64,000 nucleotides of DNA from Macrostomum lignano (Eukaryota): assembly GCA_002269645.1 (NCBI GenBank), contig NIVC01002343.1, positions 1 through 64,000 of the forward strand, read 5' to 3'. Below the pieces are notes generated by a model. It saw only the letters and a list, made by a program, of their open reading frames with translations. It did not search any database and had not been told where the DNA came from. A program made the translations under genes and the position numbers. Below, one piece after another: positions 22,575 to 33,579 of this stretch (positions within the stretch are counted from its first letter, which is position 1; each line of letters opens with the position of its first letter).

Positions 22575-25243
22575 ATGGCCAGCAGCGGCAGCAATGGGGG
22601 CGGCAAGCGGAAGGATTACTACGAGCTGCTGGGCGTGGAGAAGTCCGCCAGCGCAGCCGAAATCAAGAACGCCTACAGGAAGCTGGCCATCCGGCTTCAT
22701 CCGGACAAAAACCCTGGCGACGCCGCCGCGGCCGAGAAGTTCAAGGAGGTGAGCATCGCCTACGCGGTGCTCAGCGACCCCAACAAGCGGCACCAGTACG
22801 ACCGCGGCCGCCAGCTCGGCGAGGGCGCCAACCTCATGGACTTCGAAGGCGTCAACATGGATGAGGTGGGAGGCCTTGGCCGTGTGTTCGGCGCCCTGTT
22901 CAGCAGCCTGGGAGTGCCGATTCCCACCCAGATTGCGCCCAAGGTGCTGTCCCAGGCCTGCCAGCTCGTCACCGGCGAGACGCCAGCCGACACCGTCGCC
23001 ACTCTGGTGCCGGGAAGGTGCGATTGAATTGCTTGACAGCCTGCTTGGGCTTCCCGGATTTTATGGCTGACCTCCCTGTCAGATCCCCTGGTTGACCTCC
23101 CTGTCAGATTTCCTTGCTGACTTCCCTGTCAGATCCCCTGGCTGACCTCCCTGTCAGATCTCCTGGCTGACCTCCCTGTCAGATCTCCTGGCTGACCTCC
23201 CTGTCAGATCTGGCTGACCTCCCTGTCAGATCTACTGGCTGACCTCCCTGTCAGATCTCCTGGCTGACCTCCCTGTCAGATCCCCTGGTTGACCTCTCTG
23301 TCAGATCCCCTGGCTGACCTCCCTGTCAGATCTGGCTGACCTCTCTGTCAGATCCCCTGGTTGACCTCTCTGTCAGATCCCCTGGCTGACCTCCCTGTCA
23401 GATCCCCTGGCTGACCTCCCTGTCAGATCCCCTGGCTGACCTCCCTCCCAGATCCTCTGGCTGACCTCCCTCCCAGATCCTCTGGCTGACCTCCCTCCCA
23501 AATCCTCTGGCTGACCTCCCAGGTCCGCACACTGGACCGCAATCCTGTAAACCCATGCCTGTCACTCATTCGTCAGCACTACTGCAAGTAGAGCTGGCAG
23601 TTTGTGCCCGCAATTTGAATTTCCAACCCGCCAACCAACAGGCAGGTGGAGGACCGCGTGGAGCGGCAGGCGGCCCGCTTCTACTGGCTCAATGTGGACG
23701 AGGCGGCCGCAGCCAGCGGGGTGCTGCTGCTGGCGCACAGCTCCTCCTCCTCCAAGTTCAAGCTGGTGCTGTTCGACAAGGAGGGCGGGGTGCGCACCAT
23801 CGAGGAGTCCTGCCGTAGCAGCGCTGGTCGGCCGTCCGGGACACACGCGGACATGTTCCTGGTGCCCTTCGACCGCATGCACCTCTCAGAGCTCTTCCCG
23901 CTGCGCTTCCTGCAGGTAACTTTGCCTTTGCTGCTCACGGCATCCTTTGCCTGACATCCATTTACCCTGACCCCCATTTACCCTGACCCCCATTCACCCT
24001 AACCCCATTCACCCTGACCCCCATTCACCCTGACCCCCATTCACCCTAACCCCCATTCACCCTGACCCCCATTCACCCTGACCCCCATTCACCCTGACCC
24101 CCATTCACCCTGACCCCCATTCACCCTAACCCCATTCACCCTGACCCCCATTTACTTTGACCCCCATTCACCCTGACCCCCATTCACCCTAACCCCCATT
24201 CACCCTGACCCCCATTCACCCTGACCACCATTTACCCTGACCCCCATTCACCCTGACCCCCATTTACCCTGACCCCCATTCACCCTGACCCCCATTCACC
24301 CTAACCCCCATTCACCCTGACCACCATTTACCCTGACCACCATTTACCCTGACCCCCATTCACCCTGACCCCCATTCACCCTAACCCCCATTCACCCTGA
24401 CCCCCATTCACCCTAACCACCATTTACCCTGACCCCCATTTACCCTGACCCCCTTTCACACTGACCCCCTTTCACACTGACCCCCATTCACCCTGACCCC
24501 CATTTACTCTGACCCACATTCACCACATGCCCACCCTGACCCCCATTCACCACATGCCCACCTTGACCCCCATTCACCACATGCCCACCTTGACCCCCAT
24601 TCACCGCATCCTAACCTGACCCCCATTCACCACATGTCCACCCTGACCCCCATTCACCGCATGCCCACCCTGACCCCCATTCACCGCATGCCCACCCTGA
24701 CCCCTATTCACCGCATGCCCACCCTGACCCCCATTCACTGCATCCCACCCTGACCCCCATTCACTGCATCCCACCCTGACCCCGGTTCCGCAGGAGGACA
24801 AGGACACGCCCATCAGCTTCTACCTGCTGCACATGTATGAGCCGGCGCACAGCATCTCCCTGAACCCCGGCAAGCACCTGGTGTGCCTGTACGGAGACAA
24901 CTGGCTGCAGGACGTGAAGTACACCTTGCGCATGGTGGTGGGCGAGCCCTCAAACTGCCAGCAGGTGCAGCAGATCAAGTCAGTGGAGGCCAGCCTGCGA
25001 ACCAAGAAGGACGAGCTGGCCAAGTTCAAGGACGAGTACATGGAGGCCGCCAGGCGCTACCAGGAGGCCTGCCAGCGGCTTGAGGAGGAGACCAAGGAGG
25101 TGCAGGAGCTGATCAAGCAGCGGGAGGCCAGCTATCAGGAGTACATCGCGGCCGCCCAAGCCAAACACGGCCCCGTCACCAGCGTCAGCAACTCGCCCAA
25201 GAAAACTGGACTGGGGGGACTTTTTGGCGACTTTTTCAAGTAG
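22575..25243 (+). CDS. DnaJ/Hsp40 protein, ARG1/dnj-16-like; exons 22575-23017, 23642-23915, 24794-25243
   Basis: J-domain ([35 protein letters not shown]), middle beta-rich domain, C-terminal coiled coil; GT-AG junctions join in frame (phase 2, then phase 0). Confidence 0.9.
23067..23522 (+). repeat. 25-bp intronic minisatellite GGCTGACCTCCCTGTCAGATCCCCT
   Basis: About 18 units in DnaJ intron 1. Confidence 0.95.
23955..24782 (+). repeat. 16-bp (then ~27-bp) intronic minisatellite CACCCTGACCCCCATT
   Basis: Fills DnaJ intron 2 up to about 10 bp before the acceptor. Confidence 0.95.
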
Positions 25244-25399
25244 TTTGTCGGGTTGTCCAAGTGGTACTGGGAGCCTCTTGATTTTGTACTTTCCATCCGC
25301 TGGGCCTCTGCCGTTCCAAGCTTGCATAAAGCTTTTGAAAAAGTAATATCAACTGCATAGAGAGTTTTATTTATAGCAGATTAAGATTTTTTATGACCA

Positions 25400-25890
25400 C
25401 TGGACTGGGTCATAGACACCAAAGTTTATGAGCATCGAGCTAAGTCATAGATACCAGTTTATTATCATCGAGCTGGGTCATAGACACCAAAGTTTATGAG
25501 CATCGAGCTGGATCATAGACACCAAAGTTTATGAGCATCGAGCTAAGTCATAGATACCAGTTTATTATCATCGAGCTGGGTCATAGACACCAAAGTTTAT
25601 GAGCATCGAGCTGGGTCATAGACACCAAAGTTTATGAGCATCGAGCTGGGTCATAGACACCACAGTTTATGAGCATCGAGCTGGGTCATAGACACCACAG
25701 TTTATTAGCATCGAGCTGGGTCATAGACACCGAAGTTTATGAGCATCGAGCTGGGTCATAGACACCACAGTTTATGAGCATCAAGCTGGGTCATAGACAC
25801 TAAAAAGTTTATGAGCATCGAGCTGGGTCATAGACACCACAGTTTATGAGCATCGAGCTGTGTCATAGATACCATAGTTTATGAGCATCG
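25400..25890. repeat. 35-bp minisatellite
   Basis: CATCGAGCTGGGTCATAGACACCAAAGTTTATGAG, about 14 copies, followed by AATAAA near 25913. Confidence 0.92.
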
Positions 25891-26351
25891 GCCAGTGGAA
25901 CTATGAGCTTCAATAAAACACCACCTTGAACCCAAAGTTACAAGGCAGGTAGGCGTCAGTCACTAGGATCTAGTCTTAATAATTTTCGGTAAGAAATATA
26001 TAGATAAATTCTATATTAATCATATTATATTATCATTATTGTTATTGGTGTTGTAATCCCACAGCAGATACGCTACACATATAATCTTTCTAATGCGCAT
26101 AATGTTCAGCAAACATTTACTTACTAGTTTATTAATGCTATTAAAGCGTTATTTGTTTATTGTGAATTAACCATCAAGCACATTTCCAACCGCCTGTCTA
26201 TTTTGAGGCTAACCTGACAATTCCCCACCTGCCCTTTAGCCCTATTGATCTGCGCATTTTCTCTCTGTTTTGCCGCTCACATCTCACTGATTTTGCCTCC
26301 GCTGCTGCTGGGCCCACGGCTGCAAATGTTGCCTGAAATCCCTCTTGGGCG

Positions 26352-27235
26352 AGTAGTAGCTGGCAGTGACAGCATCCGTGATAGTCTACTACTAGTAGCT
26401 GGAAGTGACAGCATCCGTGATAGTCTACTACTAGTAGCTGGCAGTGACAGCATCCGTGATAGTCTACTACTAGTAGCTGGCAGTGACAGCATCCGTGATA
26501 GTCTACTACTAGTAGCTGGCAGTGACAGCATCCGTGATAGTCTACTACTAGTAGCTGGAAGTGACAGCATCCGTGATTGTCTACTACTAGTAGCTGGCAG
26601 TGACAGCATCCGTGATTGTCTACTACTAGTAGCTGGCAGTGACAGCATCCGTGATTGTCTACTACTAGTAGCTGGCAGTGACAGCATCCGTGATAGTCTA
26701 CTACTAGTAGCTGGAAGTGACAGCATCCGTGATTGTCTACTACTAGTAGCTGGCAGTGACAGCATCCGTGATTGTCTACTACTAGTAGCTGGAAGTGACA
26801 GCATCCGTGATTGTCTACTACTAGTAGCTGGCAGTGACAGCATCCGTGGTAGTCTACTACTAGTAGCTGGCAGTGACAGCATCCGTGATAGTCTACTACT
26901 AGTAGCTGGCAGTGACAGCATCCGTGATTGTCTACTACTAGTAGCTGGCAGTGACAGCATCCGTGGTAGTCTACTACTAGTAGCTGGCAGTGACAGCATC
27001 CGTGATAGTCTACTACTAGTAGCTGGCAGTGACAGCATCCGTGATAGTCTACTACTAGTAGCTGGAAGTGACAGCATCCGTGATTGTCTACTACTAGTAG
27101 CTGGCAGTGACAGCATCCGTGATAGTCTACTACCAGTAGCTGGCAGTGACAGCATCCGTGATTGTCTACTTACTACTACTAGTAGCTGGCAGTGACAGCA
27201 TCCGTGATTGTCTACTTACTACTACTAGTAGCTGG
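26352..27235. repeat. 39-bp minisatellite
   Basis: AGTAGCTGGCAGTGACAGCATCCGTGATAGTCTACTACT, about 22 copies. Confidence 0.95.
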
Positions 27236-27769
27236 TAGAGGTCATCGGATCGGGTCAGAGGTCGCCTTTCCGCACATTTGCTGTCGGCGGGTTCATCTTT
27301 GGAGTTGCATAGCAGGCTTAGCAAAAATATTTTGTCCTACGAATAGTTTTTCCTCATTCGCAAATTGCACCCAGCCTATTAGATGTTGCTTCCCTCGACT
27401 GTGTTATATTTGTCTTATATTTGTTATATTTGTTATATCTGTGTTACGTAGACCAGTTTTCGTTCTCACAGGTTTCCCAATTGCCTATGCGCTCGTAGTA
27501 GCGTTTCCTGCATGAAATGCGTTGTGATTATTAAATCTGTTTAATTCGCTTTTTAAGCCTATGAGGTTGTGTACACACTTCTGTTTGATATCAACTTTGC
27601 AGTCCCTTTCATGAACTGCTGTGTCTAGAATTCAATATTATAATTTATTTAAATACATTCTTGCTTATCCAGAGATACTTAATGAGCTTTGCCTTGCTGT
27701 TTTGCCAATGTGAGACCTCAGATTCCACTGCCCCTGATCATCTCAGTCACCCGCTCTGACACCCCCACT

Positions 27770-28190
27770 ACCTCCCCTGACCGATCTTCAATCCTACCAC
27801 TCTCCCCTGACCGATTTCTCAATCCTACTACCCTCCCCTGACCGATTTCTCAATCCTACTACCCTCCCCTGACCGATTTCTCAATCCTACCACTCTCCCC
27901 TGACCGATTTCTCAATCCTACTACCCTCCCCTGACCGATTTCTCAATCCTACTACCCTCCCCTGACCGATTTCTCAATCCTACTACCCTCCCCTGACCGA
28001 TTTCTCAATCCTACTACCCTCCCCTGACCGATTTCTCAATCCTACTACCCTCCCCTGACCGATTTCTCAACTACCCCCTGACACCCTACTACCCTCCCCT
28101 GACCGATTTCTCTATCACCCATGACTCCCTACTACCCTCCCCTGACCGATTTCTCTATCATCCCCTGACACCCTAGTACCCTCCTGACAT
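27770..28190 (+). repeat. 31-bp pyrimidine-rich minisatellite upstream of BLOC1S6
   Basis: CCTCCCCTGACCGATTTCTCAATCCTACTAC, about 11 copies. Confidence 0.92.
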
Positions 28191-28271
28191 ATTGCTCGTT
28201 CGTCCCCTCTGACGCCCCTACATAAACAATTTCCGCATCATCCGCCCTGACGCCCCACCGTGTCACCGCAG

Positions 28272-28751
28272 TCGGATCCTCAGCTCGCTGCCGACCCCGC
28301 TGAGGCGCCCTCACTGGAGGCCGCGGCAACTTCCGCCAGCATCGCCGCGCTGTCCGCCGGCGCTCTCGCCTTTCACCGGCCCAGCTTGGCTGCCCGCGAG
28401 GCGGCGCTAGCGGAGCTGCTCACCTGCCAGCAGTCGTTCCTGGAAAGCGTGCAGCACGAGAGGGCGCACCTGGCGGACTGCTCAGGCCTGCAGGAGATGG
28501 AGTGCCGGCTTGAGCAGGTGCGCGAGTACCAGCAGCGGCTGGCCCGGCTGCGCAAGGAGATGCACAGGCAGGCGGAGCGGCTGCAGCGGCTGAAGAAGCG
28601 GGCGATCCAGCTGCAGCAGGCCAAGCAGACCGAGCTGCTCAAGCGTCAGGCCGAGCGGGAGCGCGAGCTCGAGGCCGAACGGCAGCTCATCGCCCGGCCT
28701 GCTGAGCCGCCGCCGGCTGCTCAGGCGGCCAAACCTTCAGGCTCCTCCTAG
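28272..28751 (+). CDS. BLOC1S6: BLOC-1 subunit 6 (pallidin); no own ATG near the start
   Basis: LAELLTCQQSFLESVQHE..YQQRLARLRKEM..LKKRAIQLQQAKQ..ERQLIARPA aligns with the pallidin C-terminal half (LQELTQNQ..YHAKLVNIRKEM..LKKRALKLQQ..EKQLTARPA). Confidence 0.88.
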   Translation, partial: SDPQLAADPAEAPSLEAAATSASIAALSAGALAFHRPSLAAREAALAELLTCQQSFLESVQHERAHLADCSGLQEMECRLEQVREYQQRLARLRKEMHRQAERLQRLKKRAIQLQQAKQTELLKRQAERERELEAERQLIARPAEPPPAAQAAKPSGSS

Positions 28752-28904
28752 GAGCAGAAATTGCCAAGCAGGCCTGCTAGTGAAGCTTCTTTGGCTCCGC
28801 TCTATGGAATGCCCACCGCCCGTCTCTTCCATCTTTTCCTGCTGTCAACTGCTCGCTGTCAATCTTGGGGAAAGGGACTTACTCAAGCCAGCAGTCTCAG
28901 GGGA

Positions 28905-29410
28905 ATTGCTCAGATGGCCAATCCAGCAGGCTCAGGGGGAATTGCTCAGATGGCCAATCAAGCAGGCTCAGGGGGAATTGCTCAGATGGCCAATCAAGCA
29001 GGCTCAGGGGGAATTGCTCAGATGGCCAATCAAGCAGGCTCAGGGGAATTGCTCAGATGGCCAATCAAGCAGGCTCAGGGGGAATTGCTCAGATGGCCAA
29101 TCAAGCAGGCTCAGGGGGAATTGCTCAGATGGCCAATCAAGCAGGCTCAGGGGAATTGCTCAGATGGCCAGTCAGCAGGCTCAGAGGGAATTGCTCAGAT
29201 GGCCAGTCAGCAGGCTCAGGGGGAATTGCTCAGATGGCCAATCAAGCAGGCTCAGGGGGAATTGCTCAGATGGCCAATCAAGCAGGCTCAGGGGAATTGC
29301 TCAGATGGCCAGGGAAATTGCTCAGATGGCCAATCAAGCAGGCTCAGGGGGAATTGCTCAGATGGCCAGTTAGCAGGCTCAGAGGGAATTGCTCAGATAA
29401 CCAGTCAGCA
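28905..29410. repeat. 35/36-bp minisatellite containing GGCCAATCA
   Basis: GGGGAATTGCTCAGATGGCCAATCAAGCAGGCTCAG, about 14 copies. Confidence 0.93.
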
Positions 29411-29896
29411 GGCTTCGGGTCCGATCTTTTCCCAGATCCCTACTTGTTTCCTAGAAATATTATGCTTTATTAATTCCGCATCCTGTAGATCCAATAGTTG
29501 CATGAGTCTAACAAATCTCCATGTTGATTAATGGCATTATGAATAATGAATGCCAGTAAGAAGCAGGTGTCCAATAATATGTCCAGTAACTTCTTTTGGT
29601 GTATGTTTTTGTTGGAAATCCAAAAAAAATTTGTGTAAATAAACGAGCCATACTACTTCCAGCTACTTCAGTAGTATTTTATGATTCTTTTTATTAAACG
29701 TTTCTTCCCTAAATTTCTTTATTAATTTTTGCAGCTCGCTAGACAGTCCTGGCCAAGTCCTTAGGCTGGGAGGGCAGAGCACTCCGCCGTGACCCCTGCT
29801 TCGATTCTGTGCACTAAATATGGTAGTGGGGTTGTCGTGTGATTTCACACCCATGACACCCCCCAAGACTGAGTGTACATGCCTGACAACTGGAAA

Positions 29897-30110
29897 CAGT
29901 CCGTGAGTCCGCTGCTGAGTGCTCAGGCCAAGTTCCCCATATTAAACAGTCCGCAAGTCCGCTGCTGAGTGCTCAGGCCAAGTTCCCCATATTAAACAGT
30001 CCGTAAGTCCGCTGCTGAGTGCTCAGGCCAAGTTCCCCATATTAAACAGTCCGTAAGTCCGCTGCTGAGTGCTCAGGCCAAGTTCCCCATATTAAACAGT
30101 CCGCAAGTCC
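29897..30110. repeat. 50-bp tandem repeat, about 4 copies
   Basis: ACAGTCCGTAAGTCCGCTGCTGAGTGCTCAGGCCAAGTTCCCCATATTAA. Confidence 0.9.
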
Positions 30111-30564
30111 GGTCCGGTGCCTAAGGTGGGATGCAGTTCCCCGTTCAAGTGCTCACCTTCATTCTCCATCCCACCGGATTAACTTCTCCCCACCCTGTTT
30201 TACTTTCTTTATTGCTGACATTGGGTGCACCTTGGAGCAGAGGGGGTCTCAAGCCGATCTCGATTTCTCCTTGAGATTATTAATCCGCTGGCGCTGCTCG
30301 GAGGCCTGATCTGCGCTTCTTCCTGCTACTAGAAGTCGGTCAGGCGGGTGTCAAATCACCGGGCTGGCTGGCTGATTCGGGAGTGCCCGGCTGCCTGCAC
30401 TTTCATTACCGCGACTGTTTATTAGATTTGTCGTTGTTGCGGCCTCGGGCTCTGCCTGCCTGCCTGCCGTGCAACTGTGTGCGATGGGGAGAACTTTTCT
30501 ATGCACTGCCGTGGCACGGTTGGCCAGGTCTCTGATCCTGGACTTGGGCTAATTTTACTCCGAG

Positions 30565-31110
30565 TTAGGGGTCACTGAACATGGAGTTAGGGAGTCATTG
30601 AACAGGAGTTAGGGGTCATTGAACAGGAGTTAGGGGGTCATTGAACAGGAGTTAGGGGGTCATTGAACAGGAGTTAGGGGGTCATTGAACAGGAGTTAGG
30701 GGGTCATTGAACAGGAGTTAGGGGGTCATTGAACAGGAGTTAGGGGGTCATTGAACAGGAGTTAGGGGGTCATTGAACAGGAGTTAGGGGGTCACTGAAC
30801 AGGGAGTCTGGGGGTCACTGAACAGGGAGTTAGGAGGTCACTGAACAGGGAGTCTGGGGGTCACTGAACAGGGAGCTAGGGGGTCACTGAACAGGGAGTC
30901 TGGGGGTCACTGAACAGGGAGTCTGGGGGTCACTGAACAGGGAGTCTGGGGGTCACTGAACAGGGAGTCTGGGGGTCACTGAACAGGGAGTTAGGGGGTC
31001 ACTAGATTGGGAGCTTGTGGGTCACTGAACTGGGAGTCTGGGGGGGGGTCACTGAACAGTGAGTTAGGGGTCACTGGGAGTTTGGAGGTCACTGAATTGG
31101 GAGTCAGCGA
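30565..31110 (+). repeat. 22/23-bp G-rich minisatellite upstream of IDI1
   Basis: CATTGAACAGGAGTTAGGGGGT grading into CACTGAACAGGGAGTCTGGGGGT. Confidence 0.92.
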
Positions 31111-31182
31111 ACTGGGAGTAATCAGGAGAAATACAGGTGTCATTGAATTCAGGCTCTAATTAAAACTTGCCTGATAAACTTC

Positions 31183-31908
31183 ATGCCTCCTCTCCCAGCC
31201 CCATCGCTTGCCGGCCGGTTGGCTGGCCGCCTGCTGTGTGGCAGCGCGGCTCCGCCGTCCCCTCCGACATCAGGCACGGTGCACCCGTCGCAGGCGGCCC
31301 TCTTGTCGGAGCAGTGCATCCTGGTGGACACCTCAGACCGGGTGCTGGGCGCCGCCTCCAAGGAGTTCTGCCACCGGGCCGACAATGTCCGCGCCGGCCG
31401 GGCGCTGCACCGAGCCTTCAGCCTCTTCCTGCTGGACAGCGGCGGCCGCCTGCTGCTGCAGCGGAGGTCGCTGCTGAAGCTGACCTTCCCCGGCAGGTGG
31501 ACCAACACTTGCTGCTCTCACCCGCTGCACACGGCCGATGAGCTGCAGCCCGGCCTGGGCGTGAAGCTGGCCGCGGCCCGGCGCACCCGGCTGGAGCTCG
31601 GCCTGCGGCTGCCGCCCGGCCAGATGGAGCACCTGGCGACCATCGTCTACCAGGCCGACTGCGACTCCACCGGCCAGTGGGCCGAACACGAGGTCGATCA
31701 CGTGCTGCGCCTGCGGCTGCCGGCCGGCGCGAACGAGGATGTGCAACGGAAGCTGTGGCCGGATCCCAACGAGGTGGCCGCCACGGCTTGGCTGGCCGAC
31801 GCTGAGCTGGACGACTTTGTGGCCGAGCGGCGAGCTGCGGGCGAACCGCCCACGCCCTGGTTTGAGCTGGTCCTGAGCTCGCATCGGCACCTGCTGTTTG
31901 ACGGCTAG
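31183..31908 (+). CDS. IDI1: Isopentenyl-diphosphate delta-isomerase (type 1), intronless
   Basis: LLSEQCILVD, LHRAFSLFL, LLLQRRS..KLTFPGRWTNTCCSHPL, WAEHEVDHV, PNEV, TPWF. Confidence 0.96.
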   Translation: MPPLPAPSLAGRLAGRLLCGSAAPPSPPTSGTVHPSQAALLSEQCILVDTSDRVLGAASKEFCHRADNVRAGRALHRAFSLFLLDSGGRLLLQRRSLLKLTFPGRWTNTCCSHPLHTADELQPGLGVKLAAARRTRLELGLRLPPGQMEHLATIVYQADCDSTGQWAEHEVDHVLRLRLPAGANEDVQRKLWPDPNEVAATAWLADAELDDFVAERRAAGEPPTPWFELVLSSHRHLLFDG

Positions 31909-32944
31909 CCGCTTGTCCTGAGCCGCTTGAGTCTGCTGCGTTTCTTGGGATGGGATCCGGGATTAGGCTTGGCCGCCTCCAGTTCTCACCTGAATGCGCA
32001 TTTCTGAAAAGCTGAAGCTTTCATAGAAACCGCCTCTGCCATTATTAGATCTGCTCTTTTAGAAAGCTTTCCACTTCATAGAAACACTTAAAAGAGTTTA
32101 GAAAGAGAAGAGCCCCTGTTCCTGGACCAGCATTTCTAAGAATTTGTCTATTTCCTAGAAATGTCAAAACGTTTCTTAGAAGCAGTCATTGCCGTTCCTG
32201 GATCTGCTTTTCTAACCGTGGTTTTATCGTTTCGAATCGGCGAAAAGATTCATACAAAAACTGTTCGTGCCATTTCTAAGAATATTTGGCACCGACATCG
32301 AGCCGTTTCTCAGATTCTGAAATAGTCAAATCCGGTAAAATAGTCAAATCCGGTAAAATAGTCAAATCCGTTGCGCCCAAATCTTGCCGTGTTCCAGAAA
32401 ATTCAAACAAAAATTTCTGCTTCTATTTCTGCTAGTATTTGAACTTTGCCGAACGCAAAACTGAAAATCATTTTGAAATATTTTCAATATTTCTTAGAAT
32501 TGCAGCATGACTCAATTGTTGCCACGCAATCGCCCTCTGAGATTTAATAGTTTGCTGTTCAGATCGCTTAACAATGTTGAATCCGGTTAAACAGGTGACC
32601 TGTCTGTCTGGCTATCTGTAAATGCATTCATTAACTGTCATTTGTTCAATATTTCCTCTGTGAAGCTGTGCGCAGGTGTCTGACTTTGACTTCCTTTTTT
32701 ACTTCAATGAAAAATATCTACCACGCACCACTTCCTTCCTGCTTAATGACGATTTTTAATTACTTTTTGTTAAAGGTTTCCTGACTTGCTTTTGTTTTGA
32801 ACACGGAAGTTGATATTTTAATTATACTAAGCGATTCATATTTCCATTTTCAAATGATTTCGTGAAGGTTATTTGGAGTTTATTTCTTCTGGTACTTTCC
32901 CCAGATAACCCTGTTTGCTCAGATCTCAATCATCGGATGTGACC

Positions 32945-33470
32945 GCTCATTTCACAGATGCTCAGGTGTGACCGCTCAGTTCCCAGATCCTCAGGTGTGA
33001 CCGCTCAGCTCCCAGATCCTCAGGTGTGACCGCTCAGCTCCCAGATCCTCATGTGTGACCGCTCAGTTCCCAGATCCTCAGGTGTGACCGTTCAGCTCCC
33101 AGATCCTCAGGTGTGACCGTTCAGCTCCCAGATCCTCAGGTGTGACCGCTCAGCTCCCAGATCCTCATGTGTGACCGCTCAGTTCCCAGATCCTCAGGTG
33201 TGACCGTTCAGCTCCCAGATCCTCAGGTGTGACCGTTCAGCTCCCAGATCCTCAGGTGTGACCGCTCAGCTCCCAGATCCTCATGTGTGACCGTTCAGCT
33301 CCCAGATCCTCAGGTGTGACCGCTCAGCTCCCAGATCCTCAGGTGTGACCGCTCAGTTCCCAGATCCTCAGGTGTGACTGCTCAGTTCCCAGATCCTCAG
33401 GTACCAGGGTATGACCGCTCAGCTCCCAGATCCTCAGGTATTACCGCTCAGCTCCCAGATCCTCAGGTGT
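32945..33470 (+). repeat. 29-bp minisatellite GTGTGACCGCTCAGCTCCCAGATCCTCAG
   Basis: About 18 copies; most junctions read CAG|GT. Confidence 0.95.
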
Positions 33471-33579
33471 GACCGTGGCCACCTCAAAATCACTGCACAC
33501 TGAAACTCGAACCCACACACCAACCTGTCGCAATTGCTGCCCCCTGGCCTCAACCCCATCAGCAACCGAACTAGCCGCC

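Noticed and set aside
32050-32370. TTCTAAGAA/TTCCTAGAA motifs as heat-shock elements or another foldback copy
   Set aside because: nGAAn spacing is irregular and no clear terminal inverted repeat could be delimited.
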